Shown here piece by piece: positions 12,437 to 22,139 of a stretch of DNA of 64,000 nucleotides (the stretch's first letter is position 1; each line of letters begins with the position of its first letter). The position numbers and the translations under genes were made by a program. Origin of the DNA: an uncultured Verrucomicrobiae bacterium (GTDB lineage Bacteria; Verrucomicrobiota; Verrucomicrobiia; Chthoniobacterales; UBA10450); contig CAWIBO010000002.1 in assembly GCA_963834385.1 (NCBI GenBank), positions 64,001 through 128,000 on the forward strand. Reading direction: 5' to 3'. Under the pieces are notes generated by a model. That model was not told the DNA's origin and searched no databases. It saw only the letters and a program-made list of their open reading frames with translations.

Positions 12437-14206
12437 TCAGGAGGCGAAGTTGAGCAGTTCGGGATAGTTTTTCTGCGCCACCTCGTGGCAACGCTGCTGG
12501 ATTTCTCCCGGCGTCTCCATCTCCATCACCTCCTCGGCGAGGGCCCGGCAGACATCCATCTCGAGGCATTGCACCGCCCGCTTCACCTGCGGGACCAGGG
12601 CCGCGCTCACGCTCAATTCGTCCATCTCCAGGCCGAGCAGAAGCGGAATCAGGGCCACGTCGCCCGCCATCTCCCCGCAGACCCCGACCCAGATTTTCTG
12701 CGCGTGCGCGGCGTCGGCCACCATTTTCAGGAGGCGGAGCACAGCCGGATGAGTGGGTTCGTAAAGCGCGGCGATCTGCTCGTTGGTCCGGTCGACCGCG
12801 AGGGCGTACTGGATGAGGTCGTTCGTGCCGATGCTGAAGAAATCGACTTCGCGCGCCAGGACGCGTGCGGAAATGGCCGCGCTCGGCACCTCGATCATGG
12901 CGCCCACCTCGGTGGCCACGCTGTAGGGCTGGTTGCGTTCGCGCAATTCGGCCCGGCATTCCTCGAGCAGGACCAGCGCCCGGCGCAGCTCGGCCAGGCC
13001 GGAGATCATCGGGAACATGATCTTGAGGTTGCCGACGGCGCTGGCCCGGAGCATGGCGCGCAACTGCGTCTTGAAGATCTCCGGTTTCTCCAGGGAGAAG
13101 CGAATGGCGCGGCAGCCGAGGAACGGGTTGAGTTCGTCGGCGTGGTCGACCGAGCCGGCGAGCTTGTCGCCTCCGAGGTCGAAGGTCCGGATGATGAGCG
13201 GATGGGGCAGAACCCGCTGCGCCACTTCGCGGTAGGTTTCGAACTGCTCCTCTTCCGTCGGCAAAGTGGACCGGTTCAGGTAAAGGAATTCCGTGCGGTA
13301 GAGGCCGACGCCTTCGGCGCCGTTCTCGCGCACCGCCTCCACTTCGTCCGGCAACTCGATGTTGGCCGAGAGAACGATGTGGCGGCCGTCCCGGGTGGTC
13401 GAGGTGGTTTCGCGCAGGCCGTGCAGTTCCTGCGCCACCTGCGACTTCTTCGATTCCAGCTCGCCGTAATGGCGCAGCGTCTCCTCGTTCGGGTTGATGA
13501 TGAGGACGCCGTTGTAGCCATCGACCAGCGCCTCCTGCCCGGTTTCCAGTCGCTCCGTGACATCGTGCAGGCCGACTGCGGCCGGAATCCCGAGCGAGCG
13601 GGCCATGATGGCCGTGTGGGAGGTGCGGCTGCCGAGGTCGGTTGCGAGACCCAGGATGAGCGCGCGGTCCATCGAAGCGGTGTCGGAGGGGGTGATATTG
13701 TGCGCCACCAGGATCTGCGGCTCGGTGATGCCGTGGAAAGATTTCGGGGCCCGGCCCTGAAGATTATGGATGACGCGGCGGGCCACGTCCTGGATGTCCA
13801 GGGCCCGCTCCCGCAGGTAGGGATCATCAATTTTGCTCAGGGTGTCGGCATAGCGCGCGGCCACCTCCTGGAAGGCGTAGTCGACGTTGCAAAGCTCGGC
13901 CTCGAGCATGCGCAGGACCTCGTCGATCAGGGTGCGGTCCTCCACCACGAGGAGATGGGCGTCGAAGATGGCCGCGTCCTTGGCCCCGATGGCCTCGGCG
14001 ATCTTCTGCTGCGTTTCGAGGATCTGGGCGCGGGTCTGGATGAGGGCGGTCTCGAAGCGGCCGATCTCGCCGGCGATGTCGCCGCGCTCGATCGCATAAC
14101 GGGGAACCTCGGCATGATCGTCGCGCACGACCTGAATGGTGCCGCGGGCGATCCCGGGGGAGACGCCCGCCCCGTGAAACCGCATTTCGTTTCCGTCCCC
14201 GCTCAT
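12437..14206 (-). CDS. ptsI: PEP-protein phosphotransferase (PTS enzyme I)
   Basis: GSRTSHTAIMAR phospho-His motif, GVGLYRTEFL, IRTFDLGGDK, FSIGTNDLIQY, GVCGEMAG. Confidence 0.96.
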   Translation of the reverse strand: MSGDGNEMRFHGAGVSPGIARGTIQVVRDDHAEVPRYAIERGDIAGEIGRFETALIQTRAQILETQQKIAEAIGAKDAAIFDAHLLVVEDRTLIDEVLRMLEAELCNVDYAFQEVAARYADTLSKIDDPYLRERALDIQDVARRVIHNLQGRAPKSFHGITEPQILVAHNITPSDTASMDRALILGLATDLGSRTSHTAIMARSLGIPAAVGLHDVTERLETGQEALVDGYNGVLIINPNEETLRHYGELESKKSQVAQELHGLRETTSTTRDGRHIVLSANIELPDEVEAVRENGAEGVGLYRTEFLYLNRSTLPTEEEQFETYREVAQRVLPHPLIIRTFDLGGDKLAGSVDHADELNPFLGCRAIRFSLEKPEIFKTQLRAMLRASAVGNLKIMFPMISGLAELRRALVLLEECRAELRERNQPYSVATEVGAMIEVPSAAISARVLAREVDFFSIGTNDLIQYALAVDRTNEQIAALYEPTHPAVLRLLKMVADAAHAQKIWVGVCGEMAGDVALIPLLLGLEMDELSVSAALVPQVKRAVQCLEMDVCRALAEEVMEMETPGEIQQRCHEVAQKNYPELLNFAS

Positions 14207-14247
14207 CTGGCGAGGAGGATAGCCTGTCTGTCAAACGGCGAAAGCCG

Positions 14248-14559
14248 TCAATCCTCGTTGAAGCGCGCCTGGATCAGGTCGCCGATCTCACGCAGGGCCC
14301 GGTCGGCATCCGGTCCGTCGCATTCGATCCTGAGTTTCGAGCCCTGCCCGGCGGCCAGCATCATCAGGCCCATGATGCTTTTGCCGTTGACCTTTTCGCC
14401 TTCCTTTTCCACCCAGACCTCGCAGCGATAGCGGCTGGCAATGCGCACGAACATGGCCGCGGGCCGGGCATGCAGCCCGAGGCGGTTCACGATCGTCATC
14501 TCCTTCTCCAGTTTGCTCCCGGGAGGGTTGTGCGCGGATTTACGGTTCAAGAGTCCCAT
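14248..14559 (-). CDS. ptsH: phosphocarrier protein HPr
   Basis: GLHARPAA (His15) and NGKSIMGLMML (Ser46). Confidence 0.95.
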   Translation of the reverse strand: MGLLNRKSAHNPPGSKLEKEMTIVNRLGLHARPAAMFVRIASRYRCEVWVEKEGEKVNGKSIMGLMMLAAGQGSKLRIECDGPDADRALREIGDLIQARFNED

Positions 14560-15544
14560 CTTTTGCTCCCATCAAGTTGAGCAACTTTGCGTTAAATTCC
14601 AGCGCGCTGTTCTTTCCCATGCTTTTCAGCTTCTGGTCCATCGCCGCCACCTCGACCAGGCGGGCCACGTCGCGCCCCGGCCGGATGGGAATGGTCACAT
14701 GCGGCACCCGCATCTTCAGGATCTCATAATATTCCCGTTCGATCCCGATGCGGTCGATCTCCTCGATCTCGGTCCAGTCTTTCAGGGTCACCACCAGATC
14801 GAGCCGTTTCTCCACCCGGATGGCGCCGATGCCGAAGACGGAGACCACGTTGATGATGCCGATCCCGCGCACCTCCATGTGGTAGCGGGTCAGCTCGGGC
14901 GAGGTGGCCATGAGTTCCCGGCCCTCCAGCGAGGTGATGCGGGTGGCGTCATCGGCCACCAGGCTGTAGCCCCGCTCAATCAGGCCAAGGACGCATTCGC
15001 TTTTGCCCACGCCACTCGACCCCCGGATGAGGACGCCAATGCCAAGGATGTCGACCATGCTCCCGAATTCCGTCGCCGTCGGGGAGAAGGCCATCTCCAG
15101 CGCGATGGTGGCGGCATTGATAAACTTCATCGTGATCGCCGGGGTGCGAAAAACCGCGATCTCCATTTCCTCCGCCACTTCCTGCAGCTCCGGGGCGAGG
15201 TGAAACCCGCGGGAAACGACCAGGCAGGGAATTTTTTGCTCGCAGAGCGCGCGGAAACGCTTGATCCGCACCGCGGGCGAGAGGCTTTTCAGGTAGGAGT
15301 TCTCGGCGGCGCCCAGGACCTGCACCCGTTTGTCGGCGAAATAATTATAGAAGCCGGAGAGGGCCAGACCGGGACGGTTGATGGTGGGCTCGCGAATTTT
15401 CCGGTGGAAGCCGACCTGTTTGCCTTCCAGCCGGAGCTGGAGCCGGTTGGCGTGATCGCGGAAAAAGCTTTCCACCGTGACCACCGGGACGTTGCGCCGA
15501 ACTGCGCTCTCGGAGGTGATGGTCTGGGCGGCGCGCTCCGGCAT
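14540..15544 (-). CDS. hprK: HPr kinase/phosphorylase
   Basis: INRPGLALSG, GSSGVGKSE Walker A, LVADD, MEVRGIGII signature. Confidence 0.95.
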   Translation of the reverse strand: MPERAAQTITSESAVRRNVPVVTVESFFRDHANRLQLRLEGKQVGFHRKIREPTINRPGLALSGFYNYFADKRVQVLGAAENSYLKSLSPAVRIKRFRALCEQKIPCLVVSRGFHLAPELQEVAEEMEIAVFRTPAITMKFINAATIALEMAFSPTATEFGSMVDILGIGVLIRGSSGVGKSECVLGLIERGYSLVADDATRITSLEGRELMATSPELTRYHMEVRGIGIINVVSVFGIGAIRVEKRLDLVVTLKDWTEIEEIDRIGIEREYYEILKMRVPHVTIPIRPGRDVARLVEVAAMDQKLKSMGKNSALEFNAKLLNLMGAKDGTLEP

Positions 15545-15637
15545 GTTATCCTAGCTGTATCGCGGGAAGAGGAGGATTGCCACCATTACCCGTCTCCGCG
15601 CGGGGAGGAGCGGAGGAGCCGCCGCCCCTTTTGCGGA

Positions 15638-15666
15638 TTGACGCCCGCCGGCCAGCCTCCTATACC
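15638..15666 (+). promoter_or_regulatory. sigma70-like promoter for the 15704 gene
   Basis: TTGACG-N17-TATACC, followed by a GGAGA ribosome-binding site and ATG at 15704. Confidence 0.55.
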
Positions 15667-15703
15667 GGACGGCGACCGCCATAACCTTCAACCGGAGAAT
15701 ATT

Positions 15704-16657
15704 ATGCGTCTTATCTGCGTTGGTATCCTGCTGATGGTCAGTTTTTCCCCTGCCTTCGCGCGTTCACCGCGGCAGGTTGAAGTTCCGGCCACGATCCTCA
15801 CGGTTTCGCAGGAGGATCTTCGGGACATAGGGGTGAGCCTCGACCTTTCCGGGGCCACGGGCCTGGCCTTGAATCCCACGGCGCAGGTTCCCGCGCCGGG
15901 AGCGATCATCGCCCAGGCGAGCTATTTTGGCCTGAACGGCTTCGAGGTGGGCAACACCGACTTCCACTTTTATGGGTTCAACGCCGCGGTCCGCCCGGGA
16001 CGCTGGCCCGTGGAGTTCAGTGTGGGGATCAACCATCTGCTGGTGGAGAGCGAAATACGCGGGATCGAGGAGCAGATCGAGGACGTTTCCGGCTCGGCGG
16101 GCGTGAAGATCCTGCTTCGGCCAAGCATCAGCCGAAACGACGCCGGGTTTGACCTCCGAAGCATCATCGACGGCACTTCGCTCGCCGTCGGCGGCGGCAT
16201 CAACGACACCTTCTTTGGCAACGCCCGCGGGTACGCCGCGGCCACCACGCATTGGCCGGCCGGGATCCGGACCCATCTCGGTTTTCGCTTTGATCACCTC
16301 GAGATCGACGACGGAAAATCCCGGCGGGAGTCGGACCAGCCTTCCGTTTACGGCGGGCTGGAGATCCCGTTGATCAAGACGACCGTGGCCATCCCCGACA
16401 ACCGCACGATGGTGCTCGGCGGCCTGACGCTTTTCGGCGAAATGGGCTCGAAGAGCATCGACAGCGCGCGGGCGGAGATTCCCTTTGCCACCGGGGTGAG
16501 GGTCAATTCGCGCGGCATCCCTTTCCTGAGCGATGTGCCCCTGCTGGGGCGCTTGTTCTTCACCGCGGGCGCGCAGCGCACGGGCCTGGGGGATAACGTG
16601 AACCTGATCATCATGATCACCCCACATCTCGCGGGCGACTCCGGGACCGATTATTAG
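15704..16657 (+). CDS. exported hypothetical protein with secretin C-domain motifs and YjbH-like beta-barrel motifs
   Basis: Signal peptide MRLICVGILLMVSFSPAFA; motifs QVEVPATILTV, TTVAIPDNRTMVLGGL, GIPFLSDVPLLGRLF, LIIMITPH; also GATGLALNPTA. Confidence 0.7.
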   Translation: MRLICVGILLMVSFSPAFARSPRQVEVPATILTVSQEDLRDIGVSLDLSGATGLALNPTAQVPAPGAIIAQASYFGLNGFEVGNTDFHFYGFNAAVRPGRWPVEFSVGINHLLVESEIRGIEEQIEDVSGSAGVKILLRPSISRNDAGFDLRSIIDGTSLAVGGGINDTFFGNARGYAAATTHWPAGIRTHLGFRFDHLEIDDGKSRRESDQPSVYGGLEIPLIKTTVAIPDNRTMVLGGLTLFGEMGSKSIDSARAEIPFATGVRVNSRGIPFLSDVPLLGRLFFTAGAQRTGLGDNVNLIIMITPHLAGDSGTDY

Positions 16658-16666
16658 GCGGCGCGC

Positions 16667-17251
16667 CTATTTCGAGGCCGGATCGATCAGGCCGAATTCG
16701 CCGCTTTTGCGACGGTAAAGGACATTGACCATGGAAGTGCGCGCGTTCATGAAAACGAGGAAGTGGCGGTGCGACATCTCGAGCTGGAGCACGGCTTCGT
16801 CCACGAACATCGGTTTGAGCGGGACCGATTCCTTGCGCACGACCGGGTGATGGGATCCCTCTTCCTCCTCGGCTGATTCGACCGGTTCCGGCTCGAGGAC
16901 ATGTTCCTCGAGGTGGTGCACGATGTCGTGCCGCGGCCGGTGCTTGCGCATCAGCCGCGTCTTGTACTTGCGCATCTGGCGGGCGACCTTGTCGGTCACG
17001 GCGTCGATGGCGGCGTACATGTCGTCCGTTTCCTCAGTGGCCTCGATGGTGATGTGATTGGAACAGACGAGCACGACCTCGGCGCTGTGCCGGTATTTCA
17101 CGACCTCGAGGATGACGTGGGCCTCGATGATTCGGGGATAATCCAGGTGCAGACCCTCGATCTTCTTCGTGACGTAATCGTTGATCGCGGGGGTGATCTG
17201 GAGATGGCGCCCGGTGATTTTGACGGGCGGATGAGCGTTGGCTGTTTGCAT
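16667..17251 (-). CDS. hpf: ribosome hibernation promoting factor (long HPF)
   Basis: ITGRHLQITPAI, DMYAAID, C-terminal KPMFVDEAVLQL...NVLYRRKSGEFGLI. Confidence 0.93.
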   Translation of the reverse strand: MQTANAHPPVKITGRHLQITPAINDYVTKKIEGLHLDYPRIIEAHVILEVVKYRHSAEVVLVCSNHITIEATEETDDMYAAIDAVTDKVARQMRKYKTRLMRKHRPRHDIVHHLEEHVLEPEPVESAEEEEGSHHPVVRKESVPLKPMFVDEAVLQLEMSHRHFLVFMNARTSMVNVLYRRKSGEFGLIDPASK

Positions 17252-17260
17252 AGGCGTGTC

Positions 17261-18040
17261 TTACATCTTGAACCGTTCGCCGAGGTAGAGCTGGCGGCTG
17301 ATGGGATCGTTGATCAGGAAGTCCTTTGAACCCTCGCTCTCGACCCGCCCTTCGTAAATAAGATAGGCACGATCAACGATGGAGAGCGTTTCCCGCACGT
17401 TATGGTCGGTGATGAGGATGGCGAGGCCGGCCTGGCGAAGATTGGTCACGATCTGCTGGACATCGTAGACCGCGATCGGGTCGACCCCGCTAAACGGCTC
17501 GTCCAGCATGAGCAGGGTCGGGTTCGTGACCAGGGAGCGGGCGATGGTGAGCCGGCGTTTTTCGCCGCCGCTCAAGGTGAGGGCGATGTTCCGGGCGATC
17601 TTCTCGATGCCGAACTGGTGCAGAAGCTCGGCGCAACGCTCGCGGCGCTGTTTCCGGCTGAGCGGGAGGGTCTCGAGGATGGCGAGGATGTTCTGTTCCA
17701 CCGTCATCTTCCGGAAGATCGACTCTTCCTGCGGGAGGTAGCCCATTCCCAGCCGGGCCCGACGGTGCATCGGGAAGGTGGTGACGTCCTTGCCCTTGAA
17801 AAGGACATGCCCCCCATCGGGCCGGATCAGGCCCACGATCATGTAAAAGCTCGTTGTTTTTCCGGCGCCGTTCGGGCCGAGCAGACCCACGATCTCGCCC
17901 GCCCGGACGTTGATGTCGATGCCGTTCACCACGGCCCGCCCGCCGTAGATCTTGACCAGTTGCTCGGTCTCGAGGACCGGGGCGGCCGGGGAGACCGCCG
18001 GTCCCGGCGCGGTCGCGGCTGGCAGGGTCCCTGTTTTCAT
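17261..18040 (-). CDS. lptB: LPS export ABC transporter ATP-binding protein
   Basis: GPNGAGKTT, GYLPQEESIFR, LSGGEKRR, LDEPFSGVDP, ITDHNVRETL. Confidence 0.96.
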   Translation of the reverse strand: MKTGTLPAATAPGPAVSPAAPVLETEQLVKIYGGRAVVNGIDINVRAGEIVGLLGPNGAGKTTSFYMIVGLIRPDGGHVLFKGKDVTTFPMHRRARLGMGYLPQEESIFRKMTVEQNILAILETLPLSRKQRRERCAELLHQFGIEKIARNIALTLSGGEKRRLTIARSLVTNPTLLMLDEPFSGVDPIAVYDVQQIVTNLRQAGLAILITDHNVRETLSIVDRAYLIYEGRVESEGSKDFLINDPISRQLYLGERFKM

Positions 18041-18645
18041 GGCGTGGGCGAGGGCGCGGGGCTGGCTTCGGCCTCCTTCTTTTTCTCCTGGTGCAGCTCC
18101 GTCCGGCTCGGTCCGCGCGTCTCCAACTGGCCTTTGGCGTTCAGGACCATGACCGTCTCGGGACTGATGGCGACGTGCATGTTCATTCCCTGCTGCACCC
18201 GGGGCGTTCCGCTCAGGACCACGTTGCCGTCGCCGGCCGTGTAGACCGCGCTTTCGGCCCGGCCGATGGAGCGTTCCGCGACGCCGTCTTTCGGCGCGGG
18301 CCGTTCCCGCACCACGCCCACGTTGCCTTCGGCGACCGCCCGTTCCAGGCCCTGCTTCTGGTCCTTGTTGATATAAACGGTCAGTTTGTCCGACTGCATG
18401 CTGAAGCGCGGGTCCGTCACTTTCACGTTCCCGGTGAAGGTCCCCACATTATTTTGCGCATCGAAAAATGCCTGGTCGGCGAAAATCTCCGTCTTGATCG
18501 GCTCTTTCGGGTTTCCCTTTTCCTTCGCCGTCATGCCCGAAATCATGTTCTCCAAAGTGGGCGCGGGATCTTTTTTCTCCTGGGCGAACCCGGCGATCGG
18601 CGCCACCAGCAGGGCGAGCATGAGCAGGAACAGCCTCCTGTTCAT
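18037..18645 (-). CDS. lptA: LptA/OstA family LPS transport protein
   Basis: Signal peptide, FTGNVKV and AEGNV beta-jellyroll motifs, position between lptC and lptB. Confidence 0.8.
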   Translation of the reverse strand: MNRRLFLLMLALLVAPIAGFAQEKKDPAPTLENMISGMTAKEKGNPKEPIKTEIFADQAFFDAQNNVGTFTGNVKVTDPRFSMQSDKLTVYINKDQKQGLERAVAEGNVGVVRERPAPKDGVAERSIGRAESAVYTAGDGNVVLSGTPRVQQGMNMHVAISPETVMVLNAKGQLETRGPSRTELHQEKKKEAEASPAPSPTP

Positions 18646-19166
18646 TTGGGCGTTTCCGGCATCAGATTCGAACTGGCGACGATGACCATCTGCACGTTCC
18701 CCTTCATCTGTCCCTGCCGCGCCCGAGTGTCGAACTCGAGGGTGTCGCCCGCAATTTGAAAATCGCTGCGACTCACGGTCGTGCGCCGGCCGGAGGTAAG
18801 AACGCGCGTGCGGAGGTTAAGGGTGCCTTCCGGCATGACGATCTCAAGCTCAGGGGCGTCTTCCGCCGTGAACGTCACCATCTTCAAGTCGCGCAGGAGG
18901 ACATCGCTCTCGCTCAACCGTTTGGCGGTGCCGGCCTCGAAACGGGCCCGGAGCTGCCCTTGCTCGTCGTAATCGGGCAAAATGATCCCTTTGGCTTCGT
19001 GGCCGACGGGCAGCGGGAGATCGGTCAGTTGCCGGCTGGCCACGCGGCGTTCCCGCCGTTCCTTTTTGCGCTCCTCCGTGCTTTGTCCAAGGACCAGCCC
19101 GGCCACGAGCAGGAAAACGAGAAGGAAAAAAACGCCGGCGCGGCGAGGGCTACGTGGCGGCGGCAT
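18642..19166 (-). CDS. lptC: LPS export periplasmic protein LptC
   Basis: N-terminal TM segment, jellyroll-like C-terminus (GQMKGNVQM), kdsA-lptC-lptA-lptB synteny. Confidence 0.7.
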   Translation of the reverse strand: MPPPRSPRRAGVFFLLVFLLVAGLVLGQSTEERKKERRERRVASRQLTDLPLPVGHEAKGIILPDYDEQGQLRARFEAGTAKRLSESDVLLRDLKMVTFTAEDAPELEIVMPEGTLNLRTRVLTSGRRTTVSRSDFQIAGDTLEFDTRARQGQMKGNVQMVIVASSNLMPETPK

Positions 19167-19962
19167 GAATAGCCTTTAACACGCGAAGGTGCTTCGGCAA
19201 CTGCCGGAGCGGGATCTGATTCGGGCCGTCGCTCAAAGCCCGGGCCGGATTTTCATGCACCTCCATGAAGAGCCCGTCGCAACCCGCGGCCACGGCGGCA
19301 CGCGCCAGCACGGGCGCCAATTCCCCGTCGCCCGAGGTCGCATCACCGGCGCCGCCGGGGCGTTGCACCGCATGGGTGGCATCGAAAACCACCCGGTAGC
19401 CATCCTGTCGCATCCAGTAAAGCGAGCGCATGTCCGCGACCAGATTGTTGTAGCCAAAGGTGGTGCCGCGCTCGGTGAAAAAATAGCGGGTGCCGCCAAA
19501 GGCCTCCAGTTTCCCGGCAATATGGCGCACGTCCCACGGCGCCAGGAACTGGCCTTTCTTGACGTTCACCGCCCGTCCGGTGGCGGCCGCGGCGCGCAGC
19601 AGGTCCGTCTGGCGGCAAAGAAAGGCGGGAATCTGCAGCACGTCGATCCATTCTCCCGCAGCCTCGGCTTCGCCCGGGGAATGCACATCGGTCGTCACCG
19701 GCATGGCGTGTTCCCGCCCGAGATCGGCCAGGAGGGCGCAACCTTCCTTCAGCCCGAGCCCGCGAAAGGAACGGACCGAGGTCCGGTTGGCTTTGTCGTA
19801 GGAAGCCTTGAAAATGAAGGGCACTTCCGCTTCGCCGCAGATCTCCGCGATCCGCCGGGCCATCCGGCGCACGAACTTCTCCGATTCGATCACGCACGGT
19901 CCCAGGATGAAGCAAAGCCGGGAACCCCCAATGGTGACCGGACCGATTTTCAGGGGTTTCAT
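19150..19962 (-). CDS. kdsA: KDO-8-phosphate synthase
   Basis: GPCVIES, KASYDKANRTS, QIPAFLCRQTDL, NVKKGQF, ERGTTFGY, FDATHAVQ. Confidence 0.97.
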   Translation of the reverse strand: MKPLKIGPVTIGGSRLCFILGPCVIESEKFVRRMARRIAEICGEAEVPFIFKASYDKANRTSVRSFRGLGLKEGCALLADLGREHAMPVTTDVHSPGEAEAAGEWIDVLQIPAFLCRQTDLLRAAAATGRAVNVKKGQFLAPWDVRHIAGKLEAFGGTRYFFTERGTTFGYNNLVADMRSLYWMRQDGYRVVFDATHAVQRPGGAGDATSGDGELAPVLARAAVAAGCDGLFMEVHENPARALSDGPNQIPLRQLPKHLRVLKAIHAAAT

Positions 19963-20022
19963 CGCGGCATGATGCTTCAGGAAAGGCCGGCAGACAACGC
20001 GGCAAGTTCGCCCGGCCGCAGA

Positions 20023-20739
20023 TCAGGAGGGAGTGCCGCGACGCCGGCGGACGAGGTCGTAGAGGCCAAAGGGAGCGTAAAGGAGGAAAAAGAAGAGAAA
20101 CGCGAGGAGATGCATCTGGAAAAGGTAGATGGGCCTTTCATCGGAGAGATAGCTCAGGAGGGAGAACGCCTCCGGTTTGTGCAGCAGGAACCCGTAATTG
20201 ACGCCGGTCAGCAGGTCGACCGTGAAGGTGACGACAAAATAAAGCTCGGTCCAGGCGAAGACGCGAAAGATGGACCGGAATTCCGGCCGATAGCCGCGCA
20301 TGACCATAAGGAAAACGATGCCCGCGACGATGGCGCCGTGCCCCACGAAGAAGCTGAGGAAACGGATGTCCGGGAAGCCATGGCGGAGATTGGGGGTGAT
20401 GATGGCCTGGACCGTCCCGCCCAAGCCCCAGAAATAGGCCACCTCGAGCCAGCGCACCCGGCCGGTCAGAAGGGCGACGATGATGGCGACCATGGCCCAG
20501 TCGCAAAGCTGGAAGGGGAGCGCGTTCTCCCAGTAGAGCGTGCTCGTTTTCCAGACGTAGGCGGCGTAGGCGATGTAGTTCAGCCCAAGCACCCCGGCGA
20601 AAGCATGCGCCACCACACGTTCGCCCCGGGGCCATTGCGCCTTGCGCACGACGGAAGCCAGGAAAAAGGGCAATGCCCCCGTGGCCATGATCACGGTCAG
20701 ATGGGCCACGCCGAACGGCTGGAAGACGGGCGGTTCCAT
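20023..20739 (-). CDS. YwaF/TIGR02206 family membrane protein
   Basis: LPFQLCD, YFWGLGG..QAIITP, FFVGH, NYGFL..KP motifs. Confidence 0.85.
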   Translation of the reverse strand: MEPPVFQPFGVAHLTVIMATGALPFFLASVVRKAQWPRGERVVAHAFAGVLGLNYIAYAAYVWKTSTLYWENALPFQLCDWAMVAIIVALLTGRVRWLEVAYFWGLGGTVQAIITPNLRHGFPDIRFLSFFVGHGAIVAGIVFLMVMRGYRPEFRSIFRVFAWTELYFVVTFTVDLLTGVNYGFLLHKPEAFSLLSYLSDERPIYLFQMHLLAFLFFFLLYAPFGLYDLVRRRRGTPS

Positions 20740-20745
20740 GTGCGG

Positions 20746-21555
20746 CTACCGGATGACCCAGAGGTTGCAGGGGATAACGTCCGTGATCCACGCGATCCGC
20801 GGCGACAACTCCCCGCTCGCGGAGGCGACCGGCACCATGAGAAGATCGGCCTCCACCGCCTGGACAAATTCCGAGGCGGCCCAGCCGGTGTTCCCCTGGA
20901 GGCAGCGCGCCTCAATCGGGACTTCCGTGGGTCCCGCGGCCAGGATGAATTTTTCCAGGGCCATTTCCTCATCCTCCAGGGTAAAGGTCCGATCCTCGCC
21001 CTCGCCAGCGAGGGTGGCCCGTGCCTGGTCAAACGCGGTATAGACCCGGACCACGTAAAGCCGTTCCGTGCGCTCGGCGGAAGCAAGGGCGAGGGCCTGC
21101 CGGAAAGCCCGGGCGCTGTGCTCGGAATGATCGGCCAGGAAAACCATGCGGCGCAGCGGGCGCGGCTCCAGCTCGGGGCGGGTGAAAAGCGCGACGGAGC
21201 AATGCGATTCACGCACGAGGCGCCGCGCGACATCACCGAGGAACGGGCGCAGCACCACTTCCTTCTCCAGGGCGCCGGCCACGATCAGGTCGACCCCGTG
21301 GTCGCGGCAGGCGGTCAGGATGGCGGTGGCCGGATCCCCCGTCTGGTAGAGCACGGGCGCATCCGCCGGCAGGCCGAGCTGGGCCCGGATGCCGTGGAAT
21401 TTCTGCTCGGTCTCTGCGGTCCGTTCGCCCACGTAGACCAGGCTGAGCCGGGCGCCAAAGCGCTCCGCCATGCGCCGGCCTTCCGCGAGGACCTGGGCGA
21501 ACCGGGGCGAGAAAGCCGCGGCCACCGCGACCGATTTGTAGGGGGCTTCTGGCAT
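20746..21555 (-). CDS. universal stress protein (tandem UspA domains)
   Basis: GDPATAIL...DLIVAG...FLGDVARRLVRESHCSV plus a second Usp-like domain. Confidence 0.8.
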   Translation of the reverse strand: MPEAPYKSVAVAAAFSPRFAQVLAEGRRMAERFGARLSLVYVGERTAETEQKFHGIRAQLGLPADAPVLYQTGDPATAILTACRDHGVDLIVAGALEKEVVLRPFLGDVARRLVRESHCSVALFTRPELEPRPLRRMVFLADHSEHSARAFRQALALASAERTERLYVVRVYTAFDQARATLAGEGEDRTFTLEDEEMALEKFILAAGPTEVPIEARCLQGNTGWAASEFVQAVEADLLMVPVASASGELSPRIAWITDVIPCNLWVIR

Positions 21556-21659
21556 GGGCAGCGCCTAACCTTGCTGCTTCGCCGGACCGGGGCAACCCGC
21601 CTCTCGCTTTTGTAGATTGCGCCTTTTCATCCACGGTCTGCTCTGCGAATTTGCCGCCC

Positions 21660-22139
21660 ATGCGGCGCGCGATTTATCCCGGCAGCTTCGACCCCGTCAC
21701 CAATGGTCACCTTGATGTGATCGAGCGGGCCTGCAAACTCTTTGATGAGGTGGTTGTCGCGGTGGCGCAGAACGACCAGAAAAAGCCGCTTTTCTCGCTG
21801 GAGGACCGGCTCCGTTTCCTGCGCGAGACGGTGGGGGGCAATCCAGCGGTGGTGATTGCCCGGTTCGACGGGCTTCTGGTCGAGTTCGCCCTGGCCCGCG
21901 AGGCCATCGCGGTGGTGCGCGGCCTGCGCGCCGTTTCCGATTTCGAGTTCGAATTTCAGATGGCCCTGATGAACCGAAAGCTGGAGCCGCAGGTAGAAAC
22001 GATTTTCCTCATGCCCAAGGAGGATTACACTTACCTGAGTTCACGCATCGTGAAGGAGATTGCCCGCCTGGGCGGCGACACGACGAAGTTTGTGCCCCCG
22101 CCCGTGGCGGCCGCGCTCCGCCAGAAATTCGCCTCATGA
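21660..22139 (+). CDS. coaD: pantetheine-phosphate adenylyltransferase
   Basis: AIYPGSFDPVTNGHLD, VRGLRAVSDFEFE, LSSRIVKE. Confidence 0.97.
   Translation: MRRAIYPGSFDPVTNGHLDVIERACKLFDEVVVAVAQNDQKKPLFSLEDRLRFLRETVGGNPAVVIARFDGLLVEFALAREAIAVVRGLRAVSDFEFEFQMALMNRKLEPQVETIFLMPKEDYTYLSSRIVKEIARLGGDTTKFVPPPVAAALRQKFAS

Noticed and set aside
15704..16657. Complete type II secretion or type IV pilus system
   Set aside because: No ATPase, pilin or platform genes nearby, and no periplasmic N domains.
10592..21615. Long antisense ORFs (10592-11941 part, 12485-14431, 14441-15703 part, 19189-21615)
   Set aside because: Shadow frames of well-supported genes in high-GC DNA; only the distal parts with their own starts were kept.
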